Origin: Fistulifera solaris | Taxonomy: Eukaryota | NCBI GenBank assembly: GCA_030295235.1 | Contig: AP026164.1 | Coordinates: forward strand, 2,170,001-2,234,000 | Reading direction: 5' to 3' | Length of the DNA: 64,000 nucleotides | Shown here: positions 22,218 through 34,878 of the stretch, piece by piece | Layout: the number at the start of each line of letters is the position of its first letter | How positions within the stretch are numbered: position 1 is the stretch's first letter | Notes under the pieces: model-generated | What the model was told of the DNA's origin: nothing | What the model saw: the letters and a program-made list of their open reading frames with translations, nothing else | Databases searched by the model: none | Position numbers and translations under genes: made by a program

Positions 22218-25200
22218 CTAGCGCTTGAGCGTGCGTTGCTTTTCGGCAGCAATCACCGTACGGCTTGAATCGACTATCAAACCTTTCCGTTGCCTTACCT
22301 GCCGAATGTATTTCAACGCAATATTGCCCATACCAGTTGAAGAATCTCCAGTCCGTTCTAACTCGCCGAAATCCTCTCTTTCTTCTTGACTAGTTGGAAT
22401 CCAGAAAGGATCTTCGTCCAGGAGTTCCCAGTGACTGAAGATTAACTCAGGAGCTGTCACTTCGCCGCTAGTTTTTCTAAAGAGCTCTGTAGCCAGCCCA
22501 AATGACTCTGCTTGAGGTATCAAGGCAGATATAAGCAACAAGTCCGTGCCATCTACCATTGTGTCTTCTGTAACCTTTCCGCGACGCTTGCTCAGAACCG
22601 AGTACAATGATCCTAGCCCCGTGAGAGAAGAATGAAGTGTTAACTGGAGAACACCTTCCACAAGCCGAGCGGGGCGACTGATGAGGGCGCTTCGAATAGC
22701 GGTTCGCACAGCCGAGACAACCATCCCTCCCGAGAAGGGTTTTGAGGGACCATAGATATCATCTTTCAAGGTCAAAGCAATTTCAACCCCTTCTAGTACG
22801 ACAAGAACGTGTCGAGTTAGGTTCTTCGCAAATCCACCCAGATCGTACGGCCATTTGAAAGCCGGCGACAGTGGATTTTCTCATGTCACGATTCCATATT
22901 CGGAATGCAGCTTCATCGACGTCTGATCTCGGTGTCTCGTCAGATTCTGCGTGTTGCTGAGTTGAGCGGATAGATTTGCACAAGGAATCATAGGCGTCCT
23001 TTTGCTCCGATTCAGTGACAGATAACTGCTGAATGGCTTCCTCAACAGGGCCGCCGGATGTGTCGTTCAACGAAAAAACTTCACCGCTCTGTGCTAGAAC
23101 CCCTTTTACCGATGATCCTGTTTTTCATTCCGTCGGTCTCCATGAGCCCGTTACCATTGCTATCCAGGAAGTATAAAAGATTAGACACCTCACTCAAAAT
23201 CTGCTTTGCAGCTTCTTCGTCATCCGTGCTAGTAGTCTGGCATTCGAGTCCCAAGCCTCGCCCAAGTATTAAAATGTCGCGAATAGTATCGTCGTCTGGA
23301 CTGAATGAGTGGTCTGGCTCGTGTAATTTTAACGCTTTAACAATCGACGGTGCAAACGGAACTGCCCTTACACTAATGGCAGTTCCTTTCCCTGTCAAGA
23401 AAATACGCGATCTTCCATGACGCGCAAAAGCCACCCCTTCTTCTTCATTGTATGGTGGGATGGTCATTTGTCTTAACGGTGGTCTAGTTTCATCGTCGAA
23501 AAACGCCGCAAAACCATTCTCCTCTGTCTCCTTTTCAAACCAGCTTGTTGATTCACCAAAGTCTACAATAGGATCTGATACGCGAAATCTGATTCCTTCC
23601 TTGTTGCAATAGACGCGTTCCAAGTCAATCAGAGATTGCTCAAGGTGAAGTTCGCCTAAAGCGGCAAGAAGCTTTTCACCTCGGGCAGTCGAGGTGACTT
23701 CGATAGCTCCATCCGCCAACGACAACTTGACTAAACCTCGCTCTAAAGCATCTCCATCGCCAGCGTTTTCAGGTTCAATGCTCACCTTGACAAGAGGACG
23801 TAGATTGTTGCCTGTGAAACCTTTTATTGGCATAGCTTCTTTGCCATTACAGAGAGTTACTGTTTTGAAAGGGACACCGTCCAAATTAGAAATAGCACAA
23901 AGATGACCCGCTGGTACCTCTGGAACAGATATGAACGAAGAACCCATGAGAAGAAAAAGTCGAACAGTCCGATGTAAAGGTTCATCAGTCGATGAGGCAG
24001 GATATTTTGGGCCGAATAAGTGATATGAGTCCCCAGTTCGTAAGGATCCCGACAACACACGTGCTAAGCCCAGTAGGATTGTGGGTTCACCATTGTCAGG
24101 GAGCTGTGGATCTCGAATTTGAGACCTGTTCGTATTGATATATTTGCATACATGGGCGACCGCTGGGGCCTGAGGTGTGGCATCACACGATGTTACGCAT
24201 TTTTGTATACCTTTCCACGCTTCCTGTATTACTGAAGTATCGGTGGGATGTTCACAAAGGCATAATACATTTCCTCTGACGGCCGATACTGCACGTTCGG
24301 GAGATGGGCAATATTCACAAATGGTATCCAAAATGGCGGGTGCCAAGGGACGATATCGACGTAACAAAGCACGAAGAAACAATTCTTCATTGCTCGCCGC
24401 AACTGCACTTTGCAGTTGCTTCAGCTCGTCTAACGTAGATGGAAGTCTTGTATTCATTGATGTACAACCTGTTTCGATTGCCCCCAAGAGTGACTGCGCC
24501 AGCTCCTCGGTCAAATTTAGTTTTTGATTGCGATTATCATGAATGGCTACCGCCGTAGAGGTTACCTGGTAGATCGTCCAAAGCGGTTTTAAGACGTATT
24601 GTGCAAACACGGGTTCACCGTGACTTCCCTGCTTCCATTTTAAAACCTTGTTGTTGACAAATTTTACATCGGAAAAGAGCGTTTGCTTCAAAACAACCGG
24701 TTTGATCGGCAGGACTTTCTGTCGAAAGAGCGATCGAGCCATTGACTGAACAGTGAAACCCCATCCAAAGAGAGCCGAACAAAAGATCACGTTTCCTATC
24801 GCCGGTTCGAAATTCCAGCACGCCTCGTACGTTTCATCCTCTTCCAGTTCTCCCAACGACGCGGCCGACCGTAGCATAGCCGAAGCGGCCGCATTCACGG
24901 TTTCCAGTAATGTTCGAAGACGCAGATAACTTTCGGTGGGATCCAAGCCAAGATCCGTGAACAAGCGATCAATTTTGTTGATGACCAGAACAGGAACCAG
25001 TCGATGCATGTACGCTTCCCTCAGTACTTGATGCGTTCTGGGTGCCATCCCTTCCACGGCATCCAATACCAGTAGACATGAATCACAAGCCAGCAGGGAT
25101 GAACTCACTTCCATACTAAAATCTGTGTGACCTGGAGAATCCAATAGATGAATGATATAGTTCTCGGCAGTGTCCGTTTTGGGGGATTTTAAAGTGTGCT

Positions 25201-25492
25201 TGAGCCCGATGGCCGAACTTCGCATGGTGATGCCTCGACGCTGCTCCTCTGGATCCGAGTCCAGGTAGCGCACCGTACCGGCGATTCTTTCGGAGATAAT
25301 GCCATTGTATTCAATTAAATTATCAGCGAGTGTTGTTTTGCCATGATCGACGTGCGCTAATGCAAAAATACGCGAGAGGAGAGTGAGGAACCCACATCAC
25401 ACCTTGCTTAGTACAGCTTCATGCGAGAACTTTTCGTACCTATGATTGTCACTAATCTTGTAGCGGAAGGTTCGAGGAAAATAGAAAGACAT
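22218..25492 (-). CDS. EFL1: Elongation factor-like GTPase 1 (EFL1/Ria1, ribosome biogenesis); intron 25357-25439; frameshifts near 25480, 23085, 22800
   Basis: IIAHVDHGKTTLAD across the intron, RYLDS..EQRRGITMRSS, LDSPGHTDF, INKIDRL, GELHLE, and the EFL1-specific EDPFWIPT..EE.E and AEKQRTLKR ending. Confidence 0.94.
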
Positions 25493-25837
25493 CCGTGCTG
25501 GGATGATCTTTCGTTGCTCTAATCTTAAAAGGTTTTTTTTGTTGTATCGTCTCTTTGTTTTGTTTTTAGTTTTCCTTGCGTTTTTTATGGCTTATCACAA
25601 ATTGCGTGTCTCATTCTTGCGCGCGTCTCGATTTTCGAGTCACGGGTTGCGTTCGACGTAAGACGTAATTCATTCGTCGTGCCTCGAGAACAACGAGTGT
25701 GAAAGGAAGTGTGACAATCGAGTGCCGACCCAGAAAGGTAACGTACTTACAAGCGTATTGTAAAAGGATCACGAGTAAAAAGTGTGAGGCACTGTTCTTT
25801 GGAGAGTACACAGAACGGAGTATTTTTCCGACCCAAG

Positions 25838-27069
25838 ATGAGCAACGACAGCGATGCCTCTCTCTCACAAAAACCAAAGCGCGAAAAATTGGAAACGACG
25901 AGATCCTTCGATCCTTTCTATCCATCCGATTCGACCTATTCCCCACAGCAGTATTGCGCAAAGGAAGGACCAAACTTGATAAGGACCTCCACAGTCGTTG
26001 ACAGGGTGAGTATTACTATGGCAAAAGAAGCCATAGGTAAGGAGCAATGTCATCAGATTCTAGCGATTCTCCAGTATCTCGACAAAAGTGGTTTTCCGAA
26101 GATTGCCAAAAAGCTCAAGCGTAAACTAAAGGAGAAGGTCGACGGATCATTACCGAGTAGTATTAAAGGACAATGGATTTGGGAAGGTTACGAGACTAAA
26201 GGGACCGATGACGAGCGTAAAAATTTGAAAAAGGAAAAGAAGAGCAAGAAGGAGAAAAAAAGCCAAAAGTAAGTCCAAGTCGAAACGAGTAGACGACTCT
26301 GACGATTCGATCGGCGACAGCGAGTCTTCTGCGGACGAATCGTCCAAGAAGAGTAAGAAAAAGAAATCCAAAAGCATGTCAAAGTCGAAGCCATTAGATT
26401 CAGACAACTCGATTGACGACAGCGATTCATCAGAGAACGAGGTTTCCATGAATAGCATCCAAAAGAAACCGAAAAAGAAAGCAGTCGATACATGTATCAG
26501 TTGTGAATTATCTTCCGATGAATCATCGACAAAGTGCACCAAGACTAAACATCAGAAGCATGGATCGGCCAAGGATGAAAAATTAAGCAACGATGAATCT
26601 TCCGATGATAGCTCAAAGAAAAGCAAGGCAACGACTGTATGGAAAGCTACGTCTTTGGAAAAGAATCTGACGATTCGTGCTCTAGCGACGATGATTCATC
26701 AGTGGACAGCTCGGAAAAGGAAATAAAGAACAAGACGAGCGTAACGAAAAAACAAGCAGAAGAATCTTCAGACAGTTCGGTCGATGACTCGGAGTCTTCG
26801 AGAAGAAAAGAAAGAAAAAAACGACCTTCAAAGAAATCAACGCCGAAAATTCAACGAGCAGTTTCCTTTTCTGATGACGAGCACGTTGTCTATCTTCTGT
26901 CGCCTTTCCAAAGGGCGAGAAAGAGAACTGCTTTTACAATAAAGCGGATCTCAAACGATTTCAACAAGAAAATAGGGATGAAGAAGTCCAAGCGGCAACT
27001 CAAAGCCTCCAGGATATGATCGCAGCAGCGGGGGTCACAATGGGTTACACGCTCCCCTTTTCCTCATAG
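25838..27069 (+). CDS. Lys/Ser/Asp-rich low-complexity protein with LisH-like motif; several frameshifts in A runs; start uncertain
   Basis: ILAILQYLDKSGFPKIAKKL (LisH-like), alternating basic and acidic-serine tracts, and RAVSFSD followed by CFYNKADLKRFQQE. Joined frames end at TAG 27067-27069. Confidence 0.6.
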
Positions 27070-27313
27070 CTAATAGAGACGCGTGCGTGATAAAGGTAGA
27101 CTCTCTACCTATCAACTTAATACTGCTACATGATAGACAAGATGTTGAAAGTAAGATATCATTCTAATCAATATATTATATAATTTTATGAATTTTCATA
27201 TGCAAGATAACGCAAGAGTCTAGGCTCTCGAAATGATAAAGGAAGACATGGTTCTTGTGAAGCCCTAACATGAAGAGTTAGCTTGTCTCTTCCGCGTCGC
27301 GAAAGTGTACGTC

Positions 27314-28976
27314 TTAAGCGTTCCATTTTCGCCAGCGTCTCACCGGCGCTTTTACTGGCGTTGCGACCGGTGTTGGGGCTGGAGCCTTTACTGGAGTTGC
27401 CACTGGCGTCGGAGCGGGGACGGGGGCTTTCACTGGAGTTGCCACTGGCGTCGGAGCGGGGACGGGGGCTTTCACTGGAGTTACCACTGGCGTCGGAGCG
27501 GGGACGGGGGCTTTCACTGGTGCAGCCACTGGCACCTGACTGCATCCATTCGATACACAGGTGACTTGACTGGTCCAATTACAGACTTGCTTGGATCCAT
27601 CGAAAAGAAGGCCCGTCGAGCATTTAACCTCTCCTCCTATTTGAACTCCATTTTGGCACGTGATGAATCCAGTACAAGCACTTGACGGTACCAAGCCCGT
27701 GAAACCACTTGGACAACAAGCTACGGAGGTAGGAGAAGCCACTGGAGACGGCGGCTTCACTGGAGTTGCTACAGGCGTAGGCACAGCCACTGGAGACGGC
27801 GGCTTCACAGGCGCTGCTACAGGCGTAGGCACAGCCACTGGGGAAGGTGGCTTCACTGGAGCGGCTACCGGAGTTGGGGCTTGTACAGGTGAGGCTACTG
27901 GAGTTGGAGGACTGGGAAGTCTTGCAGAGCATCCTCGGTTTACCTGCAAGGCCGTATTGACGGTCTGAGACCATTGACCATTTACATCGTGTGCTGCAAC
28001 CCAAAAGAACGCTCCTCCATGACAGCTGTAGGCCGTGTTCACTTGATCCATGACGGCTTTCGCGGCAGCAGCTCCAGTGTTGCTGCCTGTCCCAGCGCAA
28101 TCACTGATACAGAAGCCAAGAACGAGGCGATCCGCTTGGCCGTTGAATAGGGTGGCCACGAGGTTTTGATAGTGAGCAGATGTCGCGACTGTACCAACTC
28201 CTGCGTTGAAAAATCCATCTCTTGCCGGCCTCGTAATTCCATTGTAGTATTGCGGCATGAGAAAGTCGATGGAGCTGCTGACACTTTGTAGCATGGTCAA
28301 ATAGTCCGATCCGGCGACGAGATCCGCGTCCATCGGAGCATGGGTGACGAGTGCATTCGCCGGAAGTTTGCTGCGGAGTCCTGTCGTCACCTGTTTGAGA
28401 AAGTTGATAGCTTGAGCTCCCTTCGTAAAACCAGAACCGTTCTGATCGTTTTCGTAAAAGTATTCGTAATCAATGTCGACACCGTCCATTTTGAGGTCGT
28501 TAACAATCTGGACTAGACGGTCGACGACTTGTGTTTCCCGTCCAAAGCAATATTCCCAGCAGTCATTGACGTCACCCGCCCAGCTCCCTCCCATTCCGGC
28601 ACCACCGAAACTTAGTACAACCTTCTTTCCTTTGGCATGAAGGTCGTTGATCAGGTTTGAATTGGGTGCATTGTTGCAAATCGGCGGAGTGGCGATTTCG
28701 CACGTCGGACTACAAATGTTCTTAGATGGGCTCCATGTGTACGAAACCGCAAAAGATACCATGATATGGGTGTATTGATCAAGCTGCGCTGCTGTAGGAC
28801 ATGCTTGCCAGTTTCCTAGAAAGGCCACCTGGGCGTCGAAGTGTGAGCGCACATTTTGTTCTTCGTGAGGATAATCTCGCGCACGGAAATCTTACCATGC
28901 GGTTGTCTTCTTTCACCAAGGCGTTGGCGAAAGAAAAGAAAACACATAGAATGCTTAAAAGTCGAGTAATTGACAT
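27314..28976 (-). CDS. GH18 chitinase with CBM14/peritrophin-A-like chitin-binding domain between Pro-rich repeats; intron 28829-28895
   Basis: Signal peptide MSITRLLSILCVFFSFANA, VLSFGG, DGVDIDYE and MPQYYN. Six-Cys module CPSGFTG...CTGFITC...CSTGLLFD...CNW....C. Confidence 0.92.
27370..27530 (-). repeat. Coding minisatellite, 42-bp unit (APVPAPTPVATPVK) x ~3.5
   Basis: Repeated ccactggcgtcggagcggggacgggggcttt on the + strand. Confidence 0.9.
27737..27870 (-). repeat. Coding minisatellite, 48-bp unit (PPSPVAVPTPVAAPVK) x ~3
   Basis: agccactggagacggcggcttcac recurs at 48-bp spacing. Confidence 0.88.
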
Positions 28977-29055
28977 GGTCGACGAGTTGCAATTGTTTTC
29001 TTCTGTTGGCTTTTGATTTATGTGACAAAATTGATGATTGGGAATCAAGCATGGA

Positions 29056-29076
29056 TGCCGATTGCCGATTGCCGAT
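29056..29076. repeat. (TGCCGAT)3 tandem repeat ~80 bp upstream of the second chitinase
   Basis: tgccgat tgccgat tgccgat read directly from the sequence. Confidence 0.8.
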
Positions 29077-29813
29077 TGCTCGGCACATCGGAGTGGAAAG
29101 AGTTCGTCAGAACGTGTGTATGACCTCGACAAGACCAAAAACAAGAAAATGACCAAAGGAGAAGTAATCAAAGGTCATCAAGTAATTTCCCAATACGTGA
29201 TCTCGAGAAAAGGTATACATTAAAAGCCATACCGATAAACCCGAATCAAGGTTCAAGATGGTTTGGCAATAACGCAAAGGTCATTTGGAAGTGTGACTAT
29301 CGAGTTTGAGAGCCGAAGCGTATACTCCGCATTCCGCATCCGTATCAACTGACTCCGAATTTTCTATTGTTTGGACAAGTTCATCGCTACTCGCTACTCC
29401 GTAATCAATAATCAATAATGACTTCCACTTTTCGGATTCAGTAATCCATGCCTTCGCTTTTTGGTTGAAACTTCATGCTTCTTGCTTTTGTAGGGGCTTA
29501 TTTAATTGATAAGTTCTTGCTTCTTGCTACTTTACCAGTAAGATTGGGCAATATTAAAAGAAGCGCATCTGGGAAAAACGCCAGAAGGGCAATAAAACAG
29601 CTACGAACAATAACCTGGACCCGATTCCTCCTTTTTTTCCGCGATGGACGGGAATGCAATTCATTCACGATCCTGACGAAGTGTTTAGTTCACGCGTTGC
29701 GAAACAGTGCGAATGACAAGGAACTTTCATTCGTTAATTCATCGCAATTCATTCGTATGCGGTTGCGATCATAACATCCAATTCAATTAAACAATTAAGT
29801 CTCTTGTAGCAAT

Positions 29814-32800
29814 ATGTTCGACGGTCAGTTCCGTACCCGACGGAACGTGAATTTGGGCGGAAAGACGAGTCGTCGCAGCCGGAAGGAAATTTTGGAAGAC
29901 AGCAAGCGTCAGCGGCAAGATCGTGAAAAGGCACAACGACAAGAGAAATGCGCTATTTTCTTACAAAAAATGCGAAGAGGAGCTCAGACGAGAAAAAAAT
30001 TGATTGAGCAGCTGGAAGATTCATTGACACAGGCTACTGGGATTGACACCTACACACGAAACCTGGATGTCCTCTTGCGATTGTATAGCGGTTCCAACAT
30101 GCCGCACACGAAAGTCGAAATATGGCTGAGCAATATATCGCTAATGCTTCAAGAGTACGGAACGCAGCTAAGAGAAGGAATTCTCGCGAAATGGGTGATA
30201 AAAGCGACCTTTTGTGGATGCAACAAGCACCGTCCGCCTTTACGGAAAGAGATGCGATCTGTGGGGTGATTCTTGAACATATCCTGTCACAAAAAAGATT
30301 ACGTGCGACAAAATCTTGGCTATGATTCAGGATATAGCTTAGCAGTTGACACGATGCTTACCACAACAGACAGCCGGTTGGCACAGTTGATTTGTGACGC
30401 CATCTTCCGTGCTACCCCTTGCCCAGCTGGAGAAGCTGTCTTGGGTGCTCTGGCTTTGCTGCAGTCTTCCGAAGTGGATTGGCAGAAACTAGAAGCTCTG
30501 TATGAGACGTTATCCCAGTCAAGGGCAATTGGTTCACGATATACTTATCTTAGGGACACAGTGGATAAAATTGCTTCGCAACACGGTCTCGCGATGCTAC
30601 GTTCCGTGCTAAGTTTATCGTCTACAAATGCTTTTCAAACTGGTGTTGTAGTCGGAATTACGAACAAGCTAATGGCGAGGTCAACAGCTGTTCCATTCTT
30701 TTGCAGTCTTTTGGTCCGTGACGAAGACCCTGTGAAAGTACTATCGTCTTCTACGGAACTTTCCGTTGCGACTCCCATAAATACAGACGACAACGATAGC
30801 AGCAGCGATGAGGAAGACGGATGGAGTTTAAGAAGAAAATCGAATAGTATTCTTTCGGATAGGGTTTCTTCCGTAGCACGCGTGACAATGAGGCATGAAA
30901 TAAAGACAGCAGCTCAGCTGGACCGTGTCATGAGCGTCGAGTATCAGAGTTGGCGCAACCAGTCCTTGGAAATTTTACGAAATACAAATAATGAGCAGGC
31001 GATCGCTGTTGCGCGCGAAATCGTTGACGCACGTCGTTGGATTAAGTGGAGTGCTGATCTCGTCGGGCCGACGGATAGCATTGAAATTGTGGGGACTAAG
31101 GACATGTTTGCACTGCTTGGCCAGTTGTTGAAGCCGCTTACAGGCCTTACAGTCCGACAAAGTTCTCGAAGTACGTTTTTGTCACAGCTAGCCTTTGAGC
31201 CAAAGATGTCGGAGCACCTGTGGTCTTACACGCAGAGGTTCGGTGAACAGACCCAGGACCCATCGTTTCTCACAGCCATGTCTGCATTCTGCGACCTTCT
31301 CTCACATCGGCTCATCGCCATGTTGGATAGCCAGTTTCTCGAGCAATATAACAGTGAAGGTAGCCAAATTCGAGCGGGAGATGTCATACTGCGAATCAAG
31401 TTGATCTTGTTTAGTCTGTATTGGGAAAAGCCCGTAAAAACTGGGGACTTAAGTGGGATTTTCGGCATCGGTTATTCTCTTGATGCTCTAAGAGCGCGCC
31501 TCTTTCTCACCGGTACGAAAGTTTGGAATAGCTTACACGATCGATGGTGTCGTCTTTTACGTCATGCAGAGATCTGCGACGAATCGAGTTGGTTGTTTCC
31601 TGACATCACGTCGTTTGGCGACAACAATGCTGTGGTCCGAGGCCACACGCCATCTAATGGCGACCAGATGGATACCGACGAAAGTGAAGACGAACAGATG
31701 GCAGGAGATGATTTGGATCAACTTGCAGATGTTTTTAGTGATCCTAAAATGGGACGCGTACTTACCTCTATCCCTCAAGCACTGCCCTTCGATCGCCGCG
31801 TCCGACTATTTCAGTCACTGCTTAACAATGACAAGCAAACGACTCAAAACGACGAGGCGGCGGCTCGATCAGCACTGGTTAATATGCTTAGAGGAGAAGA
31901 CGTCGACATGATGAGCGGTCGTGAACGTGTTAGTATCCGGCGAGATCGTTTGTACTCAGATTCCATGAAGACTCTGAACAAACTTGGCTCTCGTCTTCGT
32001 CGACGTATCCAGGTCAGCTTCGTAAATCAGCATGGTGCTGCTGAAGCTGGTATTGACGGAGGTGGTGTCTTCAAGGAATTTATTGACGATTTGATTAAAG
32101 ATGCGTTCCTGAGGCCGCAAGGGTCAACCGCTACTCACCAGCTATTTTCAGTTACTCCACAACAAACGCTTGCCGTGAATACATCACTTGCTGTTGACCA
32201 AACTATTCTGGACCAATACGAATTCTTGGGACGTGTCTTGGGAAAAGCAGTTTATGAATCCATTCTCGTGGATCCACAATTTTGCTTGCCATTTCTAAAC
32301 CAACTGCTGGGCAAACGAAACTCTCTAGAAGATCTCAAGAACTATGACCTGGAGTATTATCGCAATCTTATCAAACTTCTTACTTTATCAGCTGCAGAAG
32401 TTGAAAGTTTGTGTCTGACGTTTGAAATGACGATTGGTGATGAACAAACCGGAAAAGTTCGCATGGTTGATTTGATTACAGGCGGACGCGATGTACCCGT
32501 GACAAAGCAAAGCGTAATACAGTATGTTCATTTGGTGGCGAACCATCGCCTAAACGTCATCTCGGCTGCACAGACCAAAGCTTTCTTGAGCGGCTTCCGC
32601 GATCTGATCCCCGCGCCATGGGTGCGCCTTTTCTCATCGTACGAGCTGCAGAAACTTATTTCGGGTGATGATAGAGGTATAGACGTTCTGTCATTTAAAG
32701 AAGCTATGCAGTACGCATCGGGATATCATCCGTCGCAAGAAGTTGTGAAATGGTTCTGGGAGATTGTGTGCGAGATGAGCGCAGAACAACAACAAAAACT

Positions 32801-33062
32801 GCTGAAATTCATGACATCTTGCTCGCGCCAACCACTGCTTGGTTTTTCATCCCTTGAACCGTCTCCGTGCTTGCAACAAATTCGTCTACCGAATTCTTTG
32901 CGCGAGACAATGGACCTTGAAGTATTAGCGAAGGCAACCCCTCTCCCGACGGCTTCAACATGCATGAATCTTTTGAAACTCCCAAATTATCCCAACAAGC
33001 AGCTCATGAAGTGGAAGTTACTAGCGGCCATAGAAGCTGGAGCCGGCTTCGAGCTGACATGA
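29814..33062 (+). CDS. HECT E3 ubiquitin ligase, UBE3B/UBE3C (Hul5/UPL6-7) type with N-terminal IQ-like motif; frameshifts ~30200-30300
   Basis: N-terminal MFDGQFRTRRNVNLGG and CAIFLQKMRRG. HECT motifs EAGIDGGGVFKEF, LLKFMTSCSRQPLLGF, LPTASTCMNLLKLP and GAGFELT end. Confidence 0.94.
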
Positions 33063-33636
33063 TACTTTTTAGCACGGTAGATGATCTTCAGTGAAGATTG
33101 ACTTTGGAGGTTTTTAACGCGCAATCAAGGCATGATTATTAATTTTTCAGCTTACAGATTTCTGCTCGAAGGTCAATACTGATGAGAAGCCTGACAAAAG
33201 TTACAAAGTTCCGAGCGTAAGACTTGTGCTACAATTAGGTCGATTGTTTTGTTGAACACAAGGACTAAGGACCAAAGCTATCCTTCGTTTGGAATTCCTG
33301 GGAACTCCTTGATCCTCTGTTGCCTATCTAGCTAGAGATCATCATTGCCAAAAAATGGAAAGATGCAAGATACATCGCTCGATGAGCCAAACGCGATCAA
33401 AATAAATTTAGACTAAGTGATTAAGTGAGGTGTGTCACTCAAGTTCGTATAATTCGCTGCTAAATGACGCACATAAACTAGGACTAACTATGATACTGTA
33501 TACTACTCTACATTATGATATTCCACCGCGTAGATAGTCACCATTTCTCATTTCCATTTTTCTCCATCATCATTATTCTTGATTTTTCTTCTTTCAAAAA
33601 GACATATTTTTTTTTAACAAAAGAGATAAGTCGGCA

Positions 33637-34522
33637 ATGAAATCGATAATAGCTCTAGTGCTCGTTTCCATCACTGTTGCAATCACAGGGTGCGAAGTCG
33701 GTGTAGATCGAATTCAGCCACACGATCACACAGGGAAGCTGGCGCCTTACTTCCCAAGACCTTTTTCCGAGATCAAGTTGACGTCCCACGAAGAGGCTCA
33801 ACTTGCTCGTGGTAAATCCGTGCTGAAGGAAATAGAAGGTGAGGGTGGTACTGTCGTCTGCGTACAGGATATCAATGCACCCAAGGCAGCGGTGTGGAAC
33901 CAAATCCTAGATTTTGGAATGTAGTAAGTGTGCCCTCCTGTCACTATATACGGACACGTAACCAAGATCTAAACTTCATCCACGCTCACAGCAACAAGAA
34001 AGTCAACTTAGTACTTCACAGCAGCAATTATTACGTCGACAAGAGCAACGAAGAGGCTAAAAAGATAAAAACAAAAATTTATATTTGGAATTCTACCTGG
34101 CTATTCGGTATGTAAAGCACGCATTCGCTGTCTCTGCACTTTCATACGCTCATCTATGATCGAAATTCCTTTGAATCAACGACGTTTTTAGTACAATTTG
34201 TACTATGATCACACATTTCTACCCGCAGAAAGATAGTATGACATGGACATTAGATTACACGAAAAAATCTGACATGGATGACGTTTCCGGGCAATGGCAC
34301 ATAGAAGAGCGCGATAACGGTTCGAAAACACGAGTCTTTTGTGCTTGCGATGTCTTACTTCGAGAATTTGTTCCTGTGTCTATTATGAGCTCCATATCGA
34401 GGGCTGCTCTGATATTGGCGACTGGCTGGGTTAAGAAGCAAAGTGAGCAAAATGCTGATAGTTTTCATGTGGCTGAGCAGTTCGGATATAAACGCACAAT
34501 TCCGATTGCTATACCAATATAG
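33637..34522 (+). CDS. Secreted START/SRPBCC (polyketide cyclase-like) fold protein; two introns (~33923-33991, ~34108-34191)
   Basis: Signal peptide, VCVQDINAPKAAVWNQILDF and TWTLDYTKKSDMDDVSGQWHIE; GT..AG boundaries are visible. Confidence 0.7.
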
Positions 34523-34878
34523 GTCAGCGCAATCTTGGACGCGGTATTCTTGGCTTCCCCAAGGCCTCTTAACTAATGACGATGCCTACTTACCTAAAAC
34601 TGCCGTCATCATGGCAAAGGGTTGCGAGACACTGTCTGAATTTAGTAACCCGGATTGTCGAACAACATAGTTTAGTTATTTCGCTTTCAGGTAGTTTTAG
34701 TATTTAGTAGGTGACCACGCAACTACCAGGTACTACTCAATACAGTCTAATTCATGTGTCGGTTTGGATACAGAAAATTATGAATGCGAGTGAATGCAAC
34801 TTGTCGAGGTTGTCGCGAGTCATGAACAATTCGCTCGTTGCTCTAGGTCACGACTCAACACAAACATAGCAGGACAAA

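Noticed and set aside
27283..27968. Repeat-containing plus-strand ORFs; CRISPR-like periodicity
   Set aside because: Antisense readings of coding minisatellites; the units abut with no unique spacers and there are no cas genes.
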